DNA of 20,000 nucleotides from positions 43,410,440 through 43,430,439 of the forward strand of contig NC_057728.1 of NCBI RefSeq assembly GCF_004010195.1, written 5' to 3'. The DNA is from Chiloscyllium plagiosum. Its lineage: Eukaryota. The first letter of the stretch is position 1. Each line of letters begins with the position of its first letter. Positions 1-8,815 of the stretch are shown here, one piece after another. The notes beneath the pieces were generated by a model that made no database searches, was not told the origin of the DNA, and worked only from the letters and a program-made list of their open reading frames with translations. Made by a program: the position numbers and the translations under genes.

Positions 1-409
1 TTTTCCTGAAGTGCATTCAGAAGAATTATTTTGATCAGTACGTTTTGGCTCAACAAGGAAGAAGACATTGCTGGATCTGGTTCCAGGGAATGAATCAAGT
101 GGACCAATAGTCAGTAAAAGATCCCTCAGGGAACAGTTTTGATAGTATCATACTGTTTATATTAACTATAGAATAAAAAGGAGCCATCGAAAGCAAAAAT
201 ATACAGCCAGAGGACAGGTAACTTCAGTTGCTCCGAATGGACTGGTTCTTGGTAAGTTGAAGTGAAAAACTGGCAGATAAAATGATAATGGAACAATGGA
301 TTACCTTTACGGATAAGAGAGCTTGTGTGTCGTTAAGCAATATTTCTGCAAGGTGAAAGATAAAGCAATTATAGGCAAAACTCCCTGGATGATAATAGAC
401 ATAAAGAGT
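1..409 (+). mobile_element. Degenerate CR1 LINE ORF2 fragment (end of APE endonuclease plus linker)
   Basis: Broken frames give FLKCIQKNYFDQYV, TRKKTLLDLVPGNE and PWMIIDIKS, matching the CR1 ORF2 motifs FL.C.Q..F..QYV..PTR....LDLVLGN and PWM..EIK. There are many stops and frameshifts. Confidence 0.8.
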
Positions 410-765
410 GGGTGGAAGTTAATGCTGGTGGGGCCCACTTAATTGCAGAGGCGGGCCCACTTCAGCCAACAGGAGTTATCAAAGCCTCCCAGTTAAGTCA
501 GATGGTGGAGGAAACTGACGCTGGATTCCTAGCAAGTGGCAGCAGAACGTGTGTATGTTTGTGGTGGAGGATAGGTGCTTGGCAGTGTGATGATAAACCA
601 TATCCTCCAAAATGTGCACTACCTCCCATTCTGCCCTCATGTTTGCTTGGGTACCCCTACAGTCCTGGGCCTCTGGCACATGCATTACTGGCAGTTCCCA
701 CAGCTCCTCATGACAGTATTGAGTTGCTGGCCTCTGATTGGTCAGCAGCTTTCATGGACAGATAA
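410..765. repeat. Unclassified GC-richer segment interrupting the CR1 (possible non-autonomous DNA-transposon remnant)
   Basis: CR1 similarity stops at ~409 and resumes at ~766. The segment contains the direct repeat GGGCCCACTT (431-440, 454-463) and a hairpin AGTTGCTGGCC-tctgatt-GGTCAGCAGCT (722-750). Family not identified. Confidence 0.35.
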
Positions 766-896
766 TTTTCTTGAGGATATAATAAACAGGGTGGATAAAG
801 GGAACCGGTCAATACAGTGTATTTGAATGTTCAGTATGGATTCATCTTGGTGTCATATAAAAGATTATTGCTCAACATGCAGCTCATGGAACTGGG

Positions 897-973
897 GGCA
901 GCTTACTGCCAAATTCTCAACAGCAACTGGGGATGGGCAAACATAAGTGATTACCTCATGAATGAACTGAAAA
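897..973 (+). mobile_element. Short 3'-tail fragment of the CR1/L2-group LINE (or its SINE partner) inserted into the CR1
   Basis: GCAACTGGGGATGGGCAA...CATGAATGAA resembles the LINE 3' end at ~6260-6325 (GCAGCTAGAGATGGACAA...CATGAATAAA). CR1 homology (AHGTGG | VLA.IED.LT) continues on both sides. Confidence 0.55.
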
Positions 974-1547
974 CTGTATTAGCATGAATTGAGGATGAGT
1001 TAACAAAAAGAAATTAAAATTAATGGGGTATTTTTCAGGTTGGAAATATGTAATTAGTGGAGTGCTACAGGATCGGTTCAAGGTCCTCAATTATTTATTT
1101 ACTACCTATATGAATGAATTGGAGGAAAAGCAGAATGTAATGTATCCAGATTTGCTGATTATACAAAAATAATGAGAAGGCATATTGTTATGAAGACATA
1201 AGGAATCTGCAATAGAGTATAGATAGACCGAATGAGCGGGCAAAACATTAGGCGATAGACTGCTGATTTTGTGATATATGTTAATGACTTGGAATTAAAT
1301 GTATAGGCATATAGAACCCTGGGCTTTATAATTTGAGACATGGAGTAGAAAAGCAAAAAAAAAGCAACTGGAATAAAGTGTCTAATTTTGGAATGAAGAC
1401 TTTAGACGGGGTGCACAAAGGAATGTAACAGAATGGGTCCAGGAGTGAGACGTCAGATACATGACTGGGTTAGAGAACCATGAATGATCTCCTTAGAGGA
1501 GGGAAGGTTGAGGATTTCATTGTGTGTTCAATGTCCTGAGTGGACTA

Positions 1548-1755
1548 TGATGTGGAGGTGCCTGTGTTGGACTGGGATGGGCAAAGTTAAAAATCACAAG
1601 ATAATGTTATGATCCAACAGGTTTATTTGGAAGTGCAAGCTTTTGGAGCACTGTTCCTTTGTCAGCTACCTGATGAAGGAGCGGCGCTCCAAAAGCTTGT
1701 ACTTCCAAATAAACCTGTTAGACTATAACCTGGTATTGCGTGATCTTTAACTTTG
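1548..1755. mobile_element. Short palindromic Penelope-derived non-autonomous element with hammerhead-like cores
   Basis: Arms 1582-1665 and 1670-1755 are imperfect reverse complements around a 4-nt loop (CTAC). The right arm starts CTGATGA-AGGAGC-GGC-GCTCC-AAAA (1670-1694). Confidence 0.75.
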
Positions 1756-1908
1756 ATTGTTCCAGACAAAGTAATAGAGGAGAAATTCTCTTTAGCAGAG
1801 AGGTTAAGAAAAAGTGTACAGAGATTTTTGGTGATTAATAAAAGAAACAAAGGTGATATGAGAAAATGTTTAACTTCTTTTCAAGAGAAAATGCTTTCAG
1901 TTTCCTAC

Positions 1909-2130
1909 CTCTCTGATATCTCTCTGGTACTTAGTACTCATTTCTTCTGACTTAATCAGGTCTTTTCTGGCTGTTTCTAGATCTTGTTCCACTTCAGCTA
2001 ACTGACCAGACAATGTTGATAGTCGCTCTTTTACTTGTGTCATCTCATAATTCTGCTTGTCCAGTAATTCTTGTAGTTCCACAACTTCATTCATTTTATT
2101 ATTAGTGTCAATAGAACCATTAGAAAGAGG
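1909..2130 (-). CDS. PPFIA2/PPFIA4: Internal coding exon of a liprin-alpha (PTPRF-interacting protein alpha) gene, N-terminal coiled-coil region; paralog PPFIA4 or PPFIA2
   Basis: 74 open codons: PLSNGSIDTNNKMNEVVELQELLDKQNYEMTQVKERLSTLSGQLAEVEQDLETARKDLIKSEEMSTKYQRDIRE. This matches the liprin-alpha pattern LSNGSID...VELQELLEKQNYEM...ETARKDLIK.EEM.TKYQRDIRE. The acceptor is tttacttttccttttcAG (AG at 2132-2131) and the donor is GAG|GTAGGA (GT at 1908-1907). The exon is 222 bp, phase 0-0. The paralog is not resolved by eye. Confidence 0.93.
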
Positions 2131-3254
2131 CTGAAAAGGAAAAGTAAATTATTTTAGTCATGGAGTTCAAACATTTAATGCAGAAAAAAATTCACAGTAA
2201 AATCTAACACAATAACACAATGTTAAGTGAAAGATTATAAAGCTTCTATTATTCAGGGACAAACTGAACATGAAGAATAAGTAAAAATTGAATTGAATTG
2301 ATGCACCAATCAATAAGCACCCTTATTTTGTGTCTCTTTTGATGAGTGCAAGACCAAAGTTTTGACAATGTCTCTCTCCTTCCAGTGAGAATCAAGTTTT
2401 ATAATACTCAGTGACTAAAAATAATAGTAACCCAAAGTAAGATGCATCTGGTCATTTTAGGATTAGTTAAAAGAGAATGGGGGAGATTTTCCCTTCACAT
2501 CAATAGGCCTTGGTATTCTTGGGAACTGCTCCCCATCTGCTGCTAACCCTTCATCATAAAGGTGATGAGAACCTTATTTACATGTGAAATCAGATTTCCA
2601 TTACACTTCCAACAAATAAGTGCTGACAGAGCACAAGAAACTCCAAATAATTTTCCAGCCTTAATCACTGCAAACAATTGTAGCTTTGGATATATAACCA
2701 TAATGCCTCTTTGCAATCATAGCATCACTTCAAATCTTTCAACATGAATTAAATCAATAGCAAAATCAGTAGTTTGAATCCTATAAACCATTGTCTATTG
2801 TCATGAAACCTATTTGATTCATTAACAGGGAAGGAAAACTTTATCCTTACTTGATCTGGACTACATGCGACTCGAGATTCAAAGTTACACAGTTGATTCT
2901 TAACAGACTTCTGAACTGTCCTTGCAAGCCACTCAGCCATAGAAAACAGCAAAGAAATTTCAAACAAGAATGAAACCAGACAGACCACCTGGCAGCAGAA
3001 ATAACAATTGCAAACTCAGCCCTATCTATCCTGCGATGTCCTCCTTATCAACATCTGGCAGCAAATGAAAAGCAGTATCACAGACGAGTCAAGCAACAGC
3101 CTGACATAGTTAAACTCATTGAATTGTACATTACATAAAATGTCTCAGACCATCACTATCACCATCACTTGGGTATGTCCACTTTATGTCAGCTGAGTGG
3201 TGGCACAGTTCATACAATCAGGTGTAAGTTGCCCAAAGTCTTTAACATTGACTC

Positions 3255-3381
3255 AGTCGATGTTTCATGCATAAGTCCTTCATCATTCCTGATAAAGGGC
3301 TTATGCTCGATGGGTCAAATCTACTGCTCTTCAGCTGCTGCTTGACCTGCTGTGACTTTCCAGCTCCACACTTTTCAATTC
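3255..3381 (+). mobile_element. Short Penelope-derived insert with a fold-back hammerhead-like motif (same family as 4426-4668 and ~16993-17185)
   Basis: GTTTCATGCATAAGTCCTTCATCA-ttcc-TGATAAAGGGCTTATGCTCGA forms a hairpin. The downstream tail CTGCTGCTTGACCTGCTGTGACTTTCCAGCTCCACACTTTTC matches 4620-4662. It interrupts the LINE endonuclease. Confidence 0.75.
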
Positions 3382-4425
3382 AGATCAAATATGGGCAAGG
3401 AAACATCCTGCTGAATACCAGCTATTGCACCTTTGCTTGTATTGATGAATCCCCAATGATGAACAACACTTGGAGGAATTACTGAAGAAGAACGTATTCT
3501 TCAGCCCATCATCAAGATCAACTCGGTAGCAGCGTTACTAACAATGCTGGTCATATCCTTTTGTGACTAGACTGGGTCAATGGTACGTGGTGAAGAAACC
3601 AACAAGGGGGAAAAACATTCTTGACATCATTCTCTCCAATATGCCTGTCACAGGTGTATATGTCTATAAAGTATCAAGAATAATAACCACTGCACAATCC
3701 TTGTGGAGACAAAAAGTTCTAACATCACATTGAGCATAATTTCCATTGTATTGTTTGACTTTATCAAATATATCTAGCAACTCAATACTGGGCATCCATG
3801 AGTTTTTGTGATCAATTAGAAGCATGCAGAATTATACTCCAAAACAACCTGCAAACTCATGACTTGGCATATCACTCACTCTGTAACTACCATCAAGCCA
3901 GAGGGTTAATCCTGTTTCAATGAAAAGTGCAGGTGAGCTTGTCAGAGGGCATACCAGAAAATGTGGTGTCAATCTAGTGAAGTTACAAAACGGTTTAAGC
4001 AGCAAATGATAGACAGGGCTAAGAAGTTCCACAACCAACGGATCAGATCTAAGTTTTGCAGTCCTGCTACATCCAGTCATGAATGGTGGTGTATAAGTAA
4101 GCTGCAGAGGAGGTTCCATGAATATTTCTACTCTCAGTATTGGGAGAGCCAGACTAGTGGAAAAGATAATGTTACAAATAATTGCTAGAATCTTTAGCCA
4201 GTAGTGCAGTGCGGATGATCCATATCATCCTTCTCTCCTTCAGAAGTTCCAAATATTGCAGAAGTCTTTTTAAGTGAATTCAGTTCACAGATGTAGCATC
4301 AAGATACAGCTGATAACACTGGATACTTCAAAGTCAATGTGCTCTGGCAACATTCCAGCAATTGTACTGAAAACTTATGCTCCAGAGCTTGCCACACTAC
4401 TAGCCAAGCTGTACTACCTCAGTTA

Positions 4426-4668
4426 TGAGGAGAAAGTGAGAACTGCAGATGCTGAAAATCAGAGTCGAAAAGTGTGGTACTGGAAAAGCACAGCAGGTCA
4501 GGCAGCATCCGAGGAACAGGAGAATTGCCTTTTCGGGCGTAAGCCCTTCATCATAAATGTGATGAATGTGATTCCTGATGAAGGGCTTATGCCCAAAACA
4601 TTGATTCTCCTGCTTCTTGGATGCTGCCTGAATGGCTGTGCTTTTCCAGCACACACTTTTCAACTCTG
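4426..4668. mobile_element. Palindromic Penelope-derived non-autonomous element with two opposed hammerhead-like cores
   Basis: Inverted arms 4460-4553 and 4576-4668. Plus-strand core is CTGATGA-AGGGC-TTAT-GCCC-AAAAC (4575-4599); minus-strand core is ATGATGA-AGGGC-TTAC-GCCC-GAAA (4554-4531). Possible decayed TSD at 4409-4424 / 4666-4681 (12/16 identical). It interrupts the LINE RT. Confidence 0.82.
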
Positions 4669-5846
4669 TTTCACCACAGTTGCAATACTGATATTTATCC
4701 AATAGCACGGTCAATTGCCCAGGTATATCCTGTACATGAAAAGTGGAACAAATCCATCCTAGACAATTACCATGTCATCAGTTTACTTTCGATCATTACT
4801 AATGTGATAGAAGGGGTCATGCTATCAAGCAGCAATGCTTAACAATAACCTGCTTGTTAAGGCTCAGCTTGGGTTCTGGCAAAATCACTCTGATCTCATT
4901 ACTGCTTTCGTTGAAATGTCAATAAAACAGCTAAACGTCAGAGGGGAGATGAGAGTGACCATTCTTGATACCAAGGCTGCACTTACCAAGTGAGGCATCA
5001 TACAGTCCTAGCAAATTACATTCAATGAGAATCAGAGGCCATCATCTCCACAGGTTGGAGTCATACCTAGCAAAATGAAAGACGGTTGTGGTTGTTAAGA
5101 TCAACAATTCCAGCTTCATGACATCTCGAAGGAGTTCCTTAGGATATATCCAACCATCTCAATTATCTTCAGCTGCTTCGCTGATGACCTTCCATCTATC
5201 CTAAGGTTAGAAATGGGAACGTTTGCTGTTGATAGCACAATATTCAGCACCATTTGTGATACTGATACAGATACTGAAACAGTATACATCCAAATGCAAT
5301 AAGTCCTGGATAATGTCAAGAATTGCGCTGACAAGTGACAAACAATATTACACCACAGAAGAGTCAGTCAATGCCCATCTCCACCAAGAGAAAATCTGAC
5401 CATCATCTCATGAGATTCAATGGCATTACCATTGCTGAGTCCCCCCAACTACATACATCACTGGGTCAGGATTGATCAGAAACTGAACGGGACTAGCCAT
5501 ATAAGTCCTGTAACTATAAAAACAGGTCAAAAGCTAGGAATCCTGCAGTGAGTAATTCACCTCCTGACTCTTGAAAAACTGTTCACCATCTATAAAGTAT
5601 AAGTAAGGAGTATGATAGAATATGCCTAACTTGCCTGGATGAGTACAACTTCCATAGCAAGAAGCATGACACTATCCAGAACAGAACAGCTAAATTGATT
5701 GACATCAATTCCATGTCCTCCACTACCAATACATAATCTACAAATGCACTACAATCAATGAGATGCACTTAACGTATGACTCCTTAGACAGCATCTTCCA
5801 AACCTATGATTATTATTATCCAGAAGGACAAACGCAATAGATACAT

Positions 5847-6081
5847 CTGCATTTTATATATCTACTTCACCACATGAGCAATCCCTTTGTCTTTTGCATC
5901 GGGGCTCTACAACTTCTTTTACCCACACTACTATACTGGCTCTGTCAATGGTACATATTATACCATTTTCTAACCCCTTTGCATTCTGAAGAGTCATATT
6001 GGACTTGAAATACTAACCCATTTGCCTGTCCACAAATGCTGCCAGATCTGTTGAGGTTCACCAGCATTTTTTGTGTCTGTT
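5847..6081 (+). mobile_element. Short non-coding retro-insert (Penelope terminal-repeat-like) with a hammerhead-like remnant and a 13-bp TSD
   Basis: Flanked by GCAATAGATACAT (5834-5846) and GCAGCAGATACAT (6082-6094), 11/13 identical. Contains CTGAAGAGTC-ATATTG-GACTT-GAAA (5986-6010). Its tail is related to the inverted copy at 16514-16642. Confidence 0.72.
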
Positions 6082-6384
6082 GCAGCAGATACATGGGCAC
6101 ACAAATACATGCAAGTTTCCCCTCAAGCCACTCACCAGCGTGACTCGGAAATATATTGCTCAGTATTGTGGGTCAAAATTCTGGAACTCCTTCCCTAATA
6201 GCATTGTGGTGTATCTAAATCAAATGGACTGCAGCAGCTCAAGTAGGTAGATTTGCATGGGCAGCTAGAGATGGACAATGAATGCTGGCCCTGAAACTGA
6301 AGGTTACATCCCATGAATAAATAACTAAAGGTCCAAAATGTTCCTATCATAACAATTGCCAGATGTAAGTTTGCTCGCTGAGCT

Positions 6385-6443
6385 GGAAGGTTTATTCTTA
6401 GATGCTTCATCACCATACTAGATAACATCATCAGTGAACCTCC
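6385..6443 (-). ncRNA. Degenerate minimal type I hammerhead-ribozyme-like motif in the PLE terminal repeat
   Basis: The minus strand reads GGAGGTTCA-CTGATGA-T-GTTATC-TAGTAT-GGTGAT-GAAG-CATC-TAAGAATAAACCTTCC. CUGAUGA is intact, stem II pairs with G-U wobbles, GAAA has become GAAG, and the flanks can pair as stem I. PLE terminal repeats are known to carry such hammerheads. Confidence 0.65.
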
Positions 6444-6527
6444 GGTGAAGCACTCGTGTTAGTGACCCCCTTTCTATTTGTGTGTTTAGATTTTCTTGGG
6501 TTGGTGATGTTATTTTCTGTGGTGATG

Positions 6528-8815
6528 TCATTTCCTGTTTTTTCTCAGAGGGTGGTAAATGGGGTCCAAGTCAATCGGTTTATTGATAGAGTTCCGGTTG
6601 GAATGCCAGGCTTCTAGGAATTCTCGTACATATCTCTGTTTGGATTGACCGAGGATGAATGTGTTGTCCCTGTCAAACTGGTGTTCTTCCTCAAGTGTAT
6701 GTAAGGATACTAGTGAGAGTGGGTCATGACTTTTTGTGGCAAGCTGACGTTCATGTATACTGCTGGCTAGTTTTCTGCCTGTTTGTTCAATGTAGTATTT
6801 GTTACAGTTCTTGCAAGATAGTTTGTAAATGATATTAGTTTTGCCTGTTGTCTGTGCAGGGTTTTTCAAATTCATTCGCTGCTGTTTTAGTGGTGGGTTT
6901 GTGGGCTACCATGATGCCAAGAAATCTGAGTAGTCTGGCAGTCATTTCTGAGATGTCTTTGATGTAGGGGAGAGTGGCTGGGGTTTCTGGGCGTGTACTG
7001 TCCACTTGTTTGGGTTTGTTGCTGAGACATCGGTAGACTGTGTTCATTGGGTACCCATTCTTTCTGAATACGCTATATCAGTGATTTTCCTCTGCTCTTT
7101 GTAGTTCCTCTGTGCTGAAGTGTGTGATGGTTCATTGAAATAATGTTCTAATGCGGCCTAGTTTGTGAGTATTGGGATGATTGCTTCTGTAGTTCAGTAT
7201 TTGGTCCGTATGTGTTGTTTTCCTGTAGACGCTGGTTTGAAGTTCTCCATTGGCTATTCACTCTACTGTGACATCTAGGAATGGCAGTTTGTTGTTGTTT
7301 TCCTCTTCTTTAGTGAGTTTTATGCCAGTAAGGGTATCATTATTGGTCTTGATAGTTTCCTCTAATTTGTTTCGGTTAGTGATGACAAAAGTGTCATCCA
7401 CGTAGTGGACCCAGAGTTTGGGTTGGATGGTTGGCAGAGCTGTTTGTTCAAGTCTCTGCATTACTGCCTATTCTAAGAACCCTGATATCGGGGATCCCAT
7501 GGGTGTTCCGTTATTTTGTAGGTTTTGTTGTTGAAAGTGAAGTGGGTAGTAAGGCATAGGTCTATTAGCTTGACGATATTGTCCGTGCTGATAAAGTTAG
7601 TGGTGTTTAGTGTCTTTGGTTCTTCTAATAGTGTAGTCAGTATTTCCTTGGCCATGTTAATGTTGTTGGATGTGAATAGGGCTGTTACATCAAAGGAGAC
7701 CATTATGTCATCCTCTTCTGTTTTGGTGTCTTTCGTCTTCAGGAATTCTTCGCTGGAATGGATGGCGTGGCTTGAGTCTATTACTAAGTGTTTTAGTCTT
7801 TGGTGTAGCTTGTTGGCCAATCTGTACATTGGCGTTCCAGGTAGTGAGACTATGGGTCTGAGGGGAACTCTTGGTTTGTAAATTTTGGGAAATCTGTAAA
7901 AGCGCGATGTGTTGGATCCGTGTGGTTTCATTTTTCGGAAGTCGGGCTAATTTAATTCTCCAGATTTCTGAAGTTTTTTGAGTAGGGCTGTGATTCGGTT
8001 CTCTAGTTGTGGGGCCAGGTCTATCACCACTTGTTGGTAAGTGTTAGCATCTGCAAGCAGTGGATTCACTTTCTTAATGTAGTCTGTTCAATCTAGATGA
8101 CTGTCGAGCGTCTTTGTCTGCAGGTAGGAGAACAATGTTTTTATCTTTCTTCAGTCCTTCTAGCGCTTGCCTTTCTTGTGTATCGAGTGTGTTTCCTTCC
8201 TTTTTCCTGCTAATGTTGGTGCGACTGTGTCAAATTGTTTGCTGGATTTCTTCTGTGAGTCCATTGTCTTTCAATGCTGTTTCTAATGCCGCTAAGAAAT
8301 ATTTTTTGTCCGCATCCTGGAGGTTGTAATTTAATCCTCTTACTAAGACAGCTTTTTCAGTGTCTGTTAAGGGTCAGTCAGGTAAGTTGTCTGTGTTGTT
8401 ATTTTGTGTGAGTTTGTCTAGTTTTTTTCTGCAGGTCTAATTTTTTTTCATTTTCTGTGTTTGTCGCTGTCTAATATCAATGGCTTGTTGTACTGTGTCT
8501 GTCCATTCATGGTTGCATTCATGAGTAAAGTCTTTGGCATGAAATTTTCTGGTTGCATTTACGGAGTCTGTTGTGGATATCATTAATCATTTCTCTAAGC
8601 ATTCTGCGCCGTTTTGCTCTGCTATTCTTTTGGCTAGTCGGGTATTAAGGGGAGGTTTGTATTTAAGACATTTGGGTAGAACTGTTTCCTAAAACATTCT
8701 TACAGGAAGTACAGCTGTTCACGGTGCTCTGTCGGGTTGGGTTGGTTTCCCATTTTCAGGTCGGTTTTAGCATATTGCGCCTATAGGTGTTAGTGAGTAT
8801 TGAGAAGATTTGTAG
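6528..8815 (-). pseudogene. Disrupted PLE ORF: N-terminal domain, reverse transcriptase and GIY-YIG endonuclease
   Basis: ORF-track pieces 7473-7931, 7258-7461, 6835-7047 and 6528-6875 are collinear and separated by frameshifts and stops. The 5' boundary is approximate. Confidence 0.88.

Larger units (their letters stand above)
766..1872 (+). mobile_element. Degenerate CR1 LINE ORF2, RT domain to C-terminus, with internal deletions and inserts at 897-973 and ~1548-1755
   Basis: Remnants include FLEDIINRVDKGN (cf. FFEEVT..VD.G..VDVVYLDF), KRLL, SGVLQDRFKVL (cf. SGVPQGSVLGP), VSRFADYTK (cf. FADDTK) and EEKFSLAERLRKSVQRFLVINKRNKGDMRK (cf. CR1 C-terminal RGH.FK...GDMRKNFF). Confidence 0.8.
2729..6328 (+). 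mobile_element. Near full-length decayed LINE of the CR1/L2 group (APE endonuclease + RT) with a Deu-SINE-like 5' region; contains three nested inserts
   Basis: Endonuclease remnants are VKQQPDIVKLIE (from 3088), QIKYGQGNILL and VKKPTRGKNILDIILSN. RT remnants are GNIPAIVLKTYAPELATLLAKL, IAQVYPVHEK..NYHVISLLSIITNVIEGV, ILDTKAAL and FAVD (5222-5233, decayed FADD). The 3' tail ends CATCCCATGAATAAATAA. Confidence 0.82.

Noticed and set aside
412..826. Overlapping 117-, 83- and 68-aa ORFs
   Set aside because: No recognisable domain, apart from the CR1 RT residues at the end of 575-826, and no convincing splice context.
1897..2094. ORF-track 65-aa ORF as a stand-alone small gene
   Set aside because: It is part of the spliced liprin-alpha exon (1909-2130). 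The Met is internal and the VGN* ending is intron read-through.
4274..4714. Opposed ORFs with similar peptides (DEGL.P..ILL..GCCL..CAFP), also at 3267-3485 and 16977-17198
   Set aside because: The similarity comes from translating the non-coding palindromic repeat family, not from a protein family.
5257..5290. Short GATAC(T/A) tandem run
   Set aside because: It is a local slippage expansion of about four units inside the dead LINE RT, not a CRISPR array or functional repeat.
7525..7881. 118-aa hydrophobic plus-strand ORF, and similar ORFs at 8114-8329, 13343-13573 and 15347-15754
   Set aside because: These are antisense shadows of retroelement coding sequence.
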